Shown: piece after piece, positions 25,365-38,176 of the stretch
Numbering within the stretch: the first letter of the stretch is position 1
Layout: each line of letters opens with the position of its first letter
NCBI GenBank assembly: GCA_051294375.1
Contig: CM119269.1
Span: 5,816,050 to 5,880,049, forward strand
Source: Paraspadella gotoi
Taxonomy: Eukaryota > Animalia > Chaetognatha
DNA: 64,000 nucleotides
Direction of reading: 5' to 3'
Translations under genes and position numbers: made by a program
The notes under the pieces: generated by a model
The model's input: only the letters and a program-made list of their open reading frames with translations
Databases searched by the model: none
What the model was told of the DNA's origin: nothing

Positions 25365-27401
25365 AGAAAGAGAGAGAGAGAGAGTGTGGTGAGAGAGTCC
25401 ATAGTACCTAAAATAAAGATTGATCGATGTACTAAAAGAGACGAATTTTATTTCTAAAAATTGACAAGAGTGCTTGTCAACCCTGCTTGCCAACCTACTT
25501 CCCCCCCCCCAAGCTCGCTCGAATCTCCCTTCATTTTTCTCTCCCCGTTTCTTTTCTTTTCTTTCCCCCGACCTCCAATCCAACTCACATTTTTCTTCCC
25601 GCTTTTTTTTTCTTTCTTTCGCCGCGAAAATTTGAAATTAAAAGGATTATCTTCTTTTTTTTTCTCTCTCTCTCTTTTCTCTTTTCTTTTCCGAGTCTTT
25701 TGAGAGAAAAGGAAAGGAAAAAAAAACCCGAAAAGGGTGGTGAGACACGTCGCGAATTATGGAGGAAAGGAAAGGTAAGACGAATGACGATTGGCGGAAA
25801 AAGGAAGGACGAGACGAAGAATACTTAAAAAAAAGGGAGGAAGGGAGGAAAGGAGAGAGGAAAAAAGAGAGGAAATGGAGGGACGTGAGTAGGAGAAAAG
25901 AGAGTGTGTAAAAAGGGGGAGGAAGACGAAAAAAGGAACGAAAAAAAGGAGAGAGAAGTGAAATGAAAAAAAGGGAGGAAAGGAAAAAAGGGAGGAAAGG
26001 AAAGTTGGTTAAAAGATAAGGCCTATCAGGTGAAAAGGGAGGAAGAACGAAAAGAAGGAAAGAAGGAGGAAGGTTAGTTAGGGAGAGAGGGGAGGAAAGG
26101 ATGAGGATAGGAAGGATAGAAAAGGCGAAAGAGAGAGGATAGCAGTGACGTGTATTTTCATTTGATGACATGACATGACTAAAAAACTTTTTTGCCCGTG
26201 TATTTATGACATTCACTGCATCAAAATTATGTTTTTTATTCTTTAGTTTTGGGAATTCCTGAAGGCGGCGCTTGCAGTCTCTTAGATTTGAGGTTGTTTG
26301 TGTATAAACAAATGTTCAACCAAATATAGGCAAATTATATGCATTTTCAATGTTAGTGGGGCAGTCCGACGGACAGACATACTGAGGGACCGACCAACCG
26401 ACCGACCGACAGACAGACCGAAAAGTGAGAGCTGCTTCGCGATTCCTCGCGGCTCAACTAAGAGCGTGAGATAAGAAAAATCACGGAGCGTTGAGAAAGA
26501 CTATCTTCGGTGGAAGAGATGACAGAGGTTAATAGCCTCTCGTTACTGAAAAGAAAGTATGGAACCAGCTATGGGTAAGAAAATAGGTTGAATAGTGGTA
26601 ATATTTATATTTTTATCTTTATATAAATAGACATTTCTTAACCTTTTGAATGGCGCGTAAGGTTATATTTTAATAATTTATAATTCATAATGATGAAATT
26701 TAGGATCGAGATTTCAAAAAGACCAAGTTATAAAAAAATATATTTCGATTTTTTTTTTTGCCATTAAAAGTATCAAAAGCGGGAAAGTGCTTTCTCCCTT
26801 AGAGCTAGATTTCCACCTGAGAAATCTTTTTATTACGCTTTCCTTCCTTCCCTCCCAATTTCTTTCTTTTTCTTTTTTTCTTTTTTGTGCTCGTATATTT
26901 TGTTATTTACGTATTCACACTTAACACAATTTCGAGCTATTCTCGTTTAAATTAACTTACTTTTTGTCGTTTTCTCTTTATTCTCTTATTTTGTTTATGT
27001 ATTCCTTCTGATTCTCCCTAGATTTTATTTTTTTTGTTTTGTTTTCTTTTGTTCAGATGTTGAACCAAAACGAGACGCGAATGTCGAAGAGTTCGACGAC
27101 GACGCCGCCGCCTCCAGTGCTGCGCCAGCCGCTTCCGACACTGCCGCCGCCGCAGCCGACCCAGCGGTTGCCTCAACAACCGCCGCGGCCTCCGACGACG
27201 AAGATGAAGACCAAAAAGATGATGACGTCGACGAAGAGGAAGACGATAGCGACGAGGCGGCTTCATTGATAGAAGGTGGGCGTGGCCCGTGTCTCTCGCG
27301 GAGACCGTAAATAGAGACGCCGCGTCAACTGATAAATCGCGCGAAATTCGGGGCAAAGTTCGAATCGCGCGAGACTATGTGAAGCTTTGGCAAGCTAAGC
27401 G

Positions 27402-27454
<53 letters not shown>

Positions 27455-30400
27455 CATTCTCTTGTATTGTATTGTTTTTACATAATTTTTCCCCCTATTA
27501 TCAAAACAAACAAAGTCAACTTTTTGATGATCTGTAGCCTGTGATAGCGATAGTGATATTGCTGTTATTGTTGTTGTTTTTGTCAGTGATGTGAATTTTG
27601 GACAGAAACAGAATGTGAAGCAGAAGGGATTAGGAAAGAATCTTCTCGAAAGAATCTTGTGAAAGGATCTTCTCTCCTCTTGACTTTCCCCGACTTCTTA
27701 CTGACAGAAGGACTTCCTTTGCCTTGATAAAATCATTCTCCTTCACCCTACAACCCTCAGATCCCGAAAAGACCACACTGGACGCTCTGCTGGGCGTCAA
27801 GGAGAACTGTCATCAGGACGACAAGGAACTCCTGCGCCACCTGCGGCGTCTGCGGCGCGTCTGCGATCGGAAGGAAAGTCTCGAGGCCATGGAGGATTAT
27901 CACGGCCACGAGATGCTGAGCCGCGCCTGGCAGCAGGTCCTCTTCAATCCAAACTGGACTCTCTTTCACTGCAGCGTCAACGCGGAAATGGCGGCCATCT
28001 TTAAAATCGTGCTGCGGAAGAGTGAAAAGATCAAATGGATGATGGGTAAGAATGATGATGTAGATTATTATTGATTATTATAATTGTTATTATGATGATT
28101 ATTAATGTTGAGGTTGTCCACGATGATATATGAGGCTGTTGGATAAAATTATTCTGAATAGGATTAAAGGAATAAACACAGATTTTCATATACATGCAGA
28201 CCCTAAAAAACGTCAGCGAAAGTAAAGAGAAAAAGTTTAAAATTTAAAGTTTAAAGTTTAAAACCGGAAAGAAAACTAAATAAAAAAGTATTCTTATGAA
28301 CCAAAAATAAATTAAGCAGTTGTTTATAATTCTTTTAGGAAATAAACTGGAAACGTTACCTTTGACGGAAATTTATCCTTACCTTAAGCCACAGAATCAA
28401 AAAATATTCGTCCAAGATATGATTACAGTGATAAACGAAATTTCGAGCTCTTTTCACGAACTGCCTTCAAAATCCCTTTCCGAGATGTACAAGTGCTTCG
28501 TTAGTTTAGCAAAGAGTCAAAATAATTCGAGCTTAATTTTGGCTCCCATTTTGAACGTGCTGGAAAAACTCTTAGACTTAAAAACTGTAACGAGGGATTT
28601 AGATTTAGCAACTGTCCTGTTAGAAATAATGATAGACAGTGATTTGGAAAAAAACGTCAACCATTTTGCAATGGCTTGCCAATGCTTTGATAAGCTATCT
28701 TTGGAAGAAGACAGATTTCCTAGCAATTCGATTGATTTCTCGCCGATAAACAATCAATCTAGGGTAAAAAAATGCTTGCAAATTTTACAAATGCCAGATG
28801 CGAATGACATTTCAATCAGCTGCGGTTTACTTGCATTTTTAAAATTATCTGCAGGGTCTCCACCTTTCAACGATAATTTATCCTTAATTTTGACAATTCT
28901 CGAAGATGTCAGTAGAATCCATCCGGTCAATGAGCCCTGCGTCCATTCCGCTCTTTCCTTGTTCAGTACCATCTTGTCAAGACCATCAAAAAATGGGGCT
29001 GAGGTTAAAAGTCTTATCGCAGACCCCAAAACCTGGGCGATTTGGACCTACAAGATTATGAAGGCTAATACGTCCAATGAAAATGTAGCAATAGATGGAG
29101 GTAAAGTATTTTGCTATTTAATTCGACATTGGCATACCAAAATGCAACCATTGTTTGGTGAAGATGAAGAACAACTGCCCATTCATCAATTAGCTGCTGG
29201 TATACTCATGGATTCTGGTATGACCCATATGAAAAATCCGATGGCTGCTGCGACAGCTGCTGAGTTAGTTTATTGGTTATGTTTGATGGATCCTAAATTT
29301 CAGAATCTTTTCATTGAACGAAACATTCATGGAGTCATTTTTTTCGCTATTGATACAATTAATGAAAATAGAACGAGTCTAATTTACTCGCTCTGTATGG
29401 CATTGTTTGCTTTATCAATATTTTCTCAAAAAAACAAATTAATTTTATTGAATGCTGGGATACATAGAAAGTTAATAAGTATAGCAAATCAATATGACAG
29501 TAATATTAAAATTCTCACAGTCATTATAACAATAATAGCTTCTTTTTATGATACATGCCCGGCAGATGAAATTCCAGTACTCTGTAGCTTACAAGGAATA
29601 ATTTTTAAAAGCGTACATGTCTTTAGAAAGAATACATCATCGTTTGCGATAAAGTTTAAAGAGGCATGTCTTGAATATTATCATGCATTATTCTTAAATG
29701 CTTATGGCACTGAAGTTCATTCTAATGATATATTCTATATGACTGTATCACTAATTCAGTCAAGTAACTTTGAATTGACTATTTGTAAAAAAGGAATAAT
29801 TTTACTTCAACAACTTCCGGCATATCTAAAAATGCAGGAAAGTCTTTCTGAAGAACTTGTATTGCTACTAATGAAAATCTTCAAAAAGTTCAGCTCTAAA
29901 TGTTGTTTGTTAAATGAAGCCATTGTCTTATTGCTGTTATGCACAAATAAATATGAAATATTTAGAGTGATATGTGTAACAAAGGAGATTCATGTAGACT
30001 TGTTTAATTGGCTAATAGATGCCAAATACTCAATGTTTTATAAAAACATGACTTTAAAATGCCTTAAACTTTTGGTAAGCGATGCAAATTGTTTGGAAAA
30101 AATGCTTGAATCCGCAACAAAATCATCTTCTCTCGATTGTATTCAATGCCTAGTTCTTTTAGAAGCCCCAATAAACAGTAAAGATGATGCATCACCGCTT
30201 GTTATTGCCACTGAATTTGGACGAAAAGAAGTGGTAAAATATCTTTTAAGTAAAGGAGCACAAGATATACCAAGAGCCATTAAGTCAGCCCTAGATAATG
30301 AAAGGTTGGAAATTATTCCATACTTGTTACAGTATTATAATACCAAGCATCATGTTAACAATTCCATTACATGGGAATCTTTAGGATTAACTTGCATTCA

Positions 30401-33400
30401 AAAAGAATGGCTTAAAGAACCTTTTGCTAATTTTCACCAAGACTTACAAGAAAGTCAGATGGCAAAAAATCTCAAATCTGCTATAGCAAAGTCTGAAAAA
30501 TTAAGAGAAGTATGTCAAAATAACCTATATCTTCCTTCTGAAGCTTCACAATCGCCTTTTCAAAATCCATGTTTTAATAAAGATATTCACCAAAGCAGAT
30601 ACTTATTATTACAGAAAGATAATCATAAAAATACCATAGAAATAAAGCCCATTTTAAGACAATCTAACAAGCCAATTGAATTAGCTGAATCACGTGCAAA
30701 TATTTTTCTTCGAAGAGCTAGTTCATTAGTGTTTGGAACTAATTCACATGTTTCTGAAGAAATTGAAATTAAAAGTGAGGAAGAAAAATATGAGTTTGAA
30801 GCAAATGCTTTGTTTATCCAGGACAAGTTTGATTTTGAAGAATGGCTGGATATGTCTGTCTCTGGATGTTCATATCCATTTTCAACTATGGATCCAAGAT
30901 ATAAGAATGAAAACCAAAATACAACAACGACAAAATCAATTCATCCAGGAAAACAATGGCTGATTAAACCCATTTTTAGCAATTTTATGGATATTAATAA
31001 TACTGAAAATTCTTGCATGCATATGAATTCCTTCATTCCTTTGGAAACTGATCCTATTAACCAATTTCAATTCCTAAAAAAAGAAACTAGAAGAAAAAGC
31101 ATGCAATTACCTGGAGAGAAAACTGTGAACACGTCAAAGGATTTTTTAATTGAAAGAAGATGTTCTATTCAAAAATACTCTTCGCCTCTAAATACTAAGT
31201 CAACTTTTAAGAACTTACATTTAACCAAATTCAAAATTGACCGTTTGAGTGTTTCAATTTTAAATCTTTCACACAATTTTCTGCCAGATATAGATGACTT
31301 AACTAGTGGTGACAGAGATTCATTACCTCATGTAATAAAGAATGTTTTACGTTTAGAACTTTCATCTAATCTTATATCAAGTTTACCAGAGAGCATTAAT
31401 TTTTTCTCTGAATTACAAGTTTTAGATTTGGAAAGAAACAACTTTAGAACGTTTCCTGAACCAATTGTAAAATGCTTAAATTTAAAATCTGTTAACTTAG
31501 CTTACAATCATCTCGAAGATATTGAAAATTTTAAAAGCTCATCTATGATTGAAAAACTAGATCTTTCAAATAATCTATTTACAGCATTTCCTTTGGCACT
31601 TCCAATCTGTTTTCCAAAATTGGAAAAATTAGACTTGTCATACAACAGAATTGAAAATATTTCAAATAATATGTCAGTTTTTATTGATTTGAAGTTATTA
31701 AACCTAGATGGTAATCAATTAAAAAACCTCCCTTTTAACTTCTTTCATATTTTTAAAAGTTTGTCTAACCTTGATTTGAACAAAAATAATTTGACTCATA
31801 TCGATTGTGAAATTATGGATAGTCCTTCAAGTTTTCATAATTTTTCATTGTCTGATAATTCTCTTGGTTCTGAATTTCCTGGATTCATTTGTGATTTAAC
31901 ACAACTGCAAAGTTTGAATATCTCTAAAAACAATATAGCGAATGTTCCTCCTCCTACAAAATGGAAGACCAACTGTTTACGATATCTAAATATAAGTTCT
32001 AATAAAATTGATTATTTGTTCTTGAATGACGCTAAAAATTGGTCAAAATTAGAAACCTTTATTATAGCACACAATTCGGTAAAAGTTATTCCCCCAGAAA
32101 TATCTTACTTGACAAATTTACAAAGTTTTGACATATCTTATAACCAAATTACTGTTCTACCTGATGAACTGGGAAATTGTCAACAACTCTGGGAGTTGAA
32201 AATCAAAGGTTTGGATCTTGATTTAGATCCAATAGTTATAAAAAGAGGAACAAAAGCAATAGTAAAAAGTTTATTTGACAGATTGAAGCATTCAGATTTT
32301 CACTATAGAGGACGTCTGATATTGGTGGGACCTGAGAAAAGTGGTAAAACAAAACTAATTCAAAGCATTACTCGAAATAAATGGAATTCACAGCATGAAA
32401 ACAAAGGCAATGGAGTAAGTATAAAAGATTGGGCCTTTTACAAAAAAGGAAAAGTTACAGGCCAAACTACTGAGCATGTAATCAGTTGCTGGGACTTTAA
32501 TGGTAAAGAGCGATATATGCAAACTGTACATTACTTTTTTTCTTCAAGGGCGTTATATTTAGTAGTGTTTAATTTGGTCAATGGATTAGAGGAATTAAAA
32601 AAGATAATTCCATGGCTTCTCAGCATCAGTATCAAAGCACCAGGTTCACCGGTAATCTTGGTTGGAACACATGCAGATTTAGTGAATCCAACAAATGATG
32701 TCCAAGAATATTTTCAAAATTTCTTAACTAATCACTGCCTTTTTAATAGTTTTCCTCCCATAGCTTTTTCAATAGTTATTGACGCAACAAAAGAAAATAA
32801 ATTTACAGATATTTTAAGAAATAAAATAATAAAAACATTTGAAAATTATATTGTACATAAACGAGCACTACTTGGGGAAAAAGTACCCAGAGATTATATA
32901 ATCCTTGACGATATAATGAGAAAAGTGTCTAAGTCTGGAAAAATAAAGCCACAGTTTCCTGTTCTTCATTTAACCGACATCCAGGAGATCATTAGCGAGA
33001 ATTTATTTGAATTTGAAATGGATGATTTCAAAGATGCAATGAACTATTTGCATTTAATGGGGACAGTTCTTAACTTCAAAGATAGCAAAGCACGCCTTAA
33101 TGAATATTACTTTGTTGATGCCGAATGGTTATTTTCATTGGCTGAGGAATTTTTAGCTCTTGCCCAGGACTGCAACGGAATTCTAAATTATGATATTTTT
33201 AATTCTAGCAATAACAAAACTGTTTTTTGTAGCACTATTTTACCCTCTGAATTTTTTCAACAGTCTTTGAGAATAATGACAAATTTCCAAATCGGTATTC
33301 CTTTGAGCCATGAGCAAATTCTTATACCTTCCCTTTTACCAGAAGAAAGATGTGGTGAATCATTGATAGAGCTGACTATTAATGATAACAAAGCCATAGT

Positions 33401-35843
33401 GTCAAGGTTCTACTGTATGCCTTATGAGCCTACTGGCTTTTTTTCGACATTTTTAATAAAAATAGTAACTTTTGCAAAAACAGGTAACCATCTTTTGCAA
33501 TACTGGAAACATGGGTTTTGCTTTTCTGATTCCGATATGATAGTAGAAGTTTCAAATGGCCCCCTCGTTCAAAACACCAATACTTCTGAATTCGATAATG
33601 ATATAGCTTATGAATACATTGTAAGTATTAAATCCCCAAGATCCAAAAAGGGAATAAGTTTGTTAGGAAGTGTTGTCGACATTCTTGATGATTTAATAGA
33701 TGAACATTATCCAGGCCTATTAGACGTTGACCCAATGTTACAAAAGCCGATGTTAAAAATTGATATTCCATGCCCTGAATGCTCCAAAAGCTTAAAGCAT
33801 TTATTTCCGTTTGATCAGTTAATATTAGCGGGTGAAAAAGATTCTTCTGTCTTTTGTCCAGTACATGAGGGTCGAATTTTGATAGAAACTTTGGCTCCTG
33901 ATATAGTGCTTTGGGATTTGGATGTAGCATTGGAAAACTTAGAAACGAACTTAGACAAAATGAAAATGATTGGGGATGGTGGGTTTGGTTCTGTATATAA
34001 AACAACACTGGGAAATGAAACGGTAGCAGTTAAAGTATTCAAACAATCTGGAGAGATTCATCCACACAAGTTACAAAGAAAAGAAGCTTCTATATTACAA
34101 ATGATACAGCACCAAAACATAGTGTCATTATTAGGAATTTCTCTAAAGCCACGTTGCATTATTTTAGAGTTTGCGCATCACGGCTCAATTGCCAATCATC
34201 TAAGTAAAAACTGTGACCATATTTCAACTCCCCTGATTTATCAGATATTAAAAGACATTGCGAACGCAATGGTATTTCTCCACTTGAAAAATATAATTTA
34301 CAGAGACTGTAAACCAGACAATATACTATTGTTTTCTTTGGACATAAATGATCAAATTAATGCAAAACTTTCAGATTATGGAATTTCAACGCTTGCTACA
34401 TCTGTTGGTTCAGTCCAACAAGAAGGTACACCAGGATATAGAGCTCCTGAATGTATATTAGGAGAATATTATTCTTTTCCAATTGATATATTTTCTTTGG
34501 GAATCACGGTTTTTGAAATAATTACAAAAGGAAAGCATCCTTATGATAACCAAGGTTTTAGATCAAGAGCGGAATATGATATAGGTGTTTGTAAAGGTTT
34601 GGAATTTGATCACCTTGCTGATTTTGGTTGTGAATCCTGGCCATTTATGCAAGACCTTATCAGCAATTGCTTGAATTTTATCCCAGAATCAAGACCATCA
34701 TCCCAAGATTTTTTAAAACAAGTAAATATTTCGGGATTTCTTCCGCTGCGATGGGAAATAGTTTTAGATTTAGAAGAAAGAATTGAAAAATTAACTTTTG
34801 TAAAAGATGAAATACACAAAAAAAGTAAAATTTTTTTGGCAACATTTGACCGAAATAAAAATCAAAGATTAATTTGTTTTGATTACTCAAAGCTTCCAAA
34901 GAAAGAGTCAGTGTTTCTAAGAGAAACTAGTCCCGTATCGTCAATGACAGCAATCAATACCGAGGAGGTTTTTCTGGGACTTCAGGATGGCAGCCTGCTA
35001 TATGTGAATTCCAAATCACAAGAATCGCACTTCATCTCTCAAATGGAAGACAGTATCGTTCAATTAGAAATTCTGACAAACAGTTTTATTTCCAAAATAT
35101 GGATTTTGTGCGGATTAGCAAACGGCTGTGTGAGGATGTTCGTTCAGAATTATAATGGAAAAAACTTGACGATGCAAGAGGAAACTGTTCATGAAAAAGA
35201 GTATTGGACCAACAGCAGTCGACTCCCTGTTCTATCCTTTTCTCGATCTCGTCATTCGCTTTGGATCATGACGCAAAACGAAGTCACGTCTTTCGATCTT
35301 GACGAAATTCGTTCGATGAATTTCACTGTCGCAAAAAGATTAAACGTAAATGCGGAGAAAAAAAGAAAGGGTGCCAAGTTCCTCGTCGATCCCGACGAAA
35401 CGATGGGATTGTCATTCTCCATCAACGGATGCGTCGTCCGCATCTGGGATCTCACGGAACTCGATTATCTCACGAAGATCGAGGTGGACGCGAGTCTCTT
35501 CCCCGATTCCGACTTTTTCGTCGACACACGAATCACGGACGTGATTCACGAACGTGAATCCGATCAAATTTGGGTGGGCACCAGAGGCGGGAACGTCCTC
35601 GTCTTTGAAATTAACGAAGATTCCGTGGAATCGCGTGCCTGCTTGCAAAGATACGATTGTCCCATCAAGCATTGGTGCGTGGCCGAATCGAGTGGTCGCG
35701 CTCAGGACGGTAACGCGTTGCTGTTATGCGCCACTGAGAAAAAATCTATACCGGAACGAAGTCACGAATTTGATTATGTTATGAGGGAAGTTGAATCAAG
35801 AGGAGTCCTCCTAGTGTGGAACCCAAAATTCATTCAATTCTGA
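24701..35843 (+). CDS. LRRK2: Leucine-rich repeat kinase (ROCO family, LRRK2-like), about 2684 aa; exons 24701-24746, 27057-27275, 27761-28045, 28339-35843
   Basis: Three GT-AG introns, all phase 1, join in frame (8055 nt). N-terminus reads MESENEPRDSLLQFT-DVEPKR..(acidic)..LIE-DPEKTT..WMM-GNKLE. Exon 1 is the least certain. Domain order is ARM-like helical, ANK, LRR, ROC, COR, kinase, WD40. Confidence 0.85.
26142..26461 (-). mobile_element. DINE-1/HINE-like element, copy 3, in LRRK intron 1
   Basis: Shares GACATGACATGACTAAAAAAC, GGAATTCCTGAAGGCG, ATAGGCAAATTATA, (GACC)n and the terminal hairpin ending CAACTAA with copies 1 and 2. Confidence 0.65.
28339..35843 (+). CDS. LRRK2: Giant terminal exon of the LRRK2-like gene (7505 nt)
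   Basis: Uninterrupted 2500-codon frame. ANK: SPLVIATEFGRKEVVKYLLSKGA. LxxLxLxxN repeats at about 31250-32220. ROC: GPEKSGKT, WDFNG, VGTHAD. COR: MPYEPTGF. Kinase: IGDGGFGSVY, VAVK, YRDCKPDN, DYGIS, EGTPGYRAPE. WD40-like C-terminus with IWVGT. Confidence 0.96.
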
Positions 35844-36644
35844 TTAAGTTTTTTTATTTGTTACTGTTACATTGATTCATATAGCGTTTTTCTTGAAACG
35901 AGTTGTCGTAAATTTCATTAAAATTAAATTAAAATTAAAATGTCATTAAATTAGTTAATTAATAGAATTTACCCTTTTGAAATAAGGCGTTAATTTTGTA
36001 CAAGCTACTAGTAAAAGGCTAATAAACTAAACGACTGACAACCAAGTGTTCTTGCCATTTTTCCATCGCCAAGCATTAATTTTAATCCTCTCTGGAACGA
36101 AAGACAACTTTAATTTGCCGGCATCTTTTCCAATTTATTAGTCACTATATTTATTCCAATGTTGTCCACATTGCAATAATTCCTTTCTTCTCCTTTTAAC
36201 CATCTTCTTTTTTTTTAAATGATTCATTAATCTCATGGCCAACGAAACGCACGAAANNNNNNNNNNTGCAAAAAGACCACTGGCCACTGACTGGACGCGA
36301 GAAAATGGAAGGGGGGGGAGGAGGAAGAGGAGGAGGAGGAGGAAGAGAAGGTGGAGAAGGAGGAGGACGCAGCTGAGGAGAAGGCAATTGAACAGGGAGC
36401 GCCCGGGGGACTACATGAGTCACAAAAACGGAGGCCATTTAGCAACCGGCTTCTTTTCTTTGGAATTATGAAAACTAAGATGATGATTATGATAATGATG
36501 AAGACGACAACAACTTTGACGAGGATTACGATTATGATTATTGTGATAACGATGACGATGACAATGATAATCATAATGATAAAATTACCGATGATGACGT
36601 TCTTGAAAATGACTCTGGCTTGTCGAAAACTACGTAAATTTAGA

Positions 36645-36665
36645 GATGACGATGATGATGATGAA

Positions 36666-36722
<57 letters not shown>
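36645..36722. repeat. (GAT)n microsatellite within an acidic low-complexity tract
   Basis: Direct observation. Confidence 0.9.
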
Positions 36723-36723
<1 letters not shown>

Positions 36724-37629
36724 TTCTGCTGATGATGACGAAGATGCCGATGATGACTACAACCAAGAAGAGCCCAAGAACAAAAAACGAAGCTTTAAAG
36801 AGAAAAAAACAAAGAGGCTGAAAAGGAGAGAGAAAAAGAAATAGAAAGTTGGTTCCGTGGAAGCTTCCTTCGCTAATGATCGTTAGAGAAAAGAAAAAAC
36901 TGCTTTTAAAAAGAAGGACTTTGTCCATTTAAGCGACGCTTGTCCATTTGAGCGCCGCTTGTGTCCATTTGAGACTCGTTTGCCAGAGTCGTAAAATCGG
37001 AAGAAAGAATAAAGTTTGAAACGACTTCTATAACCAGAGGAAATGATTGAACCCGCTTATAAAGCCCCTAAAAATGCTCCAAGTATTAATTTATCTTTTT
37101 TTTTTTTAAAGAAGCGTATCTTAAAATTAAAGCACAAAAACGGCATGTCTGTAAAACGAAATAAAAAGCAGAATTATCAGCAATTATCAATTACTAATCA
37201 CACTTGACAAAGAAGAAACCAAAATACAATCTTATTTCGGCCAATGATAAATTCGTAATATTAAAAATACTGTGCGGTTTTTAAACAGAATAAGAATGAA
37301 TTTCGCTTTTTTATCCAAAAAAAAAAAAGAAGAAAATATTCCGTCACTGCGCCGGAAGAAGCAATGACTCGACAATTCAATCGAGAAATAAAAAAAACAC
37401 TCAGACCAGATGCAAGCAATCGTTCATCCGTGCAGTCGTTTGCTATGGTACTATAATTACGTTTTTTCTTTTTTTATTTATTTTTCAGTCTAGAATTTTG
37501 ATTTTTCCATACGTAATTATAAAAGTTTTTTCAAGCATGTTTATAAATAAAATAATTGTTATATATATTTTCATAATTTTCTAAAATTCACCTCGCGATT
37601 TCCCGACGAAGAAACGAATTCATCGACTA

Positions 37630-37694
<65 letters not shown>

Positions 37695-37761
37695 TCGTCC
37701 CACAATGACGCCATTTCTTTTGGCTTCGTCACGCGCCGCATTCCAAACGCCATGCGTCGCC

Positions 37762-37845
37762 TTCGGCACCGCCACGCGCTACATTCGGAACCGCCACTGC
37801 TAAATTAGGCACCGCCACTCGCTGCACTCGGCACCGCCACCGCGC
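37762..37845. repeat. About 22-bp GC-rich tandem repeat, 4 copies
   Basis: Recurring CGGCACCGCCAC core. Confidence 0.7.
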
Positions 37846-38145
37846 GCGCATTGTACTCCGCAAGGCGCCTCAAAGCGCCGCCGAGCGCGGCGTCTCCCCC
37901 ATTTTTCTCTGAAATTGGTTCTTGATGCGCGGCGTTCATTTGTTTACATCCATCTTATCATCGCCGTCGCCTTGTTTTTCTTGTCCGACTGTTTTCTTCC
38001 GATATGGAGTCTCCTGCTTTTTTTTTTGTTTGAAAGAAAATTATTGGTTGTTGATGTCGTCGTCGTCGTCGTCGTCGTCGTCATTTTTATCGTCTCATCT
38101 TAATGTCGAATTCTTTGTTTACATCAAACTGTTTTTCTGCCTTCT

Positions 38146-38176
<31 letters not shown>

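Noticed and set aside
28320-28338. ORF-track start of the 2507-aa protein
   Set aside because: It begins at TTG inside the intron's acceptor region. The real exon starts at 28339 after TTTTAG.
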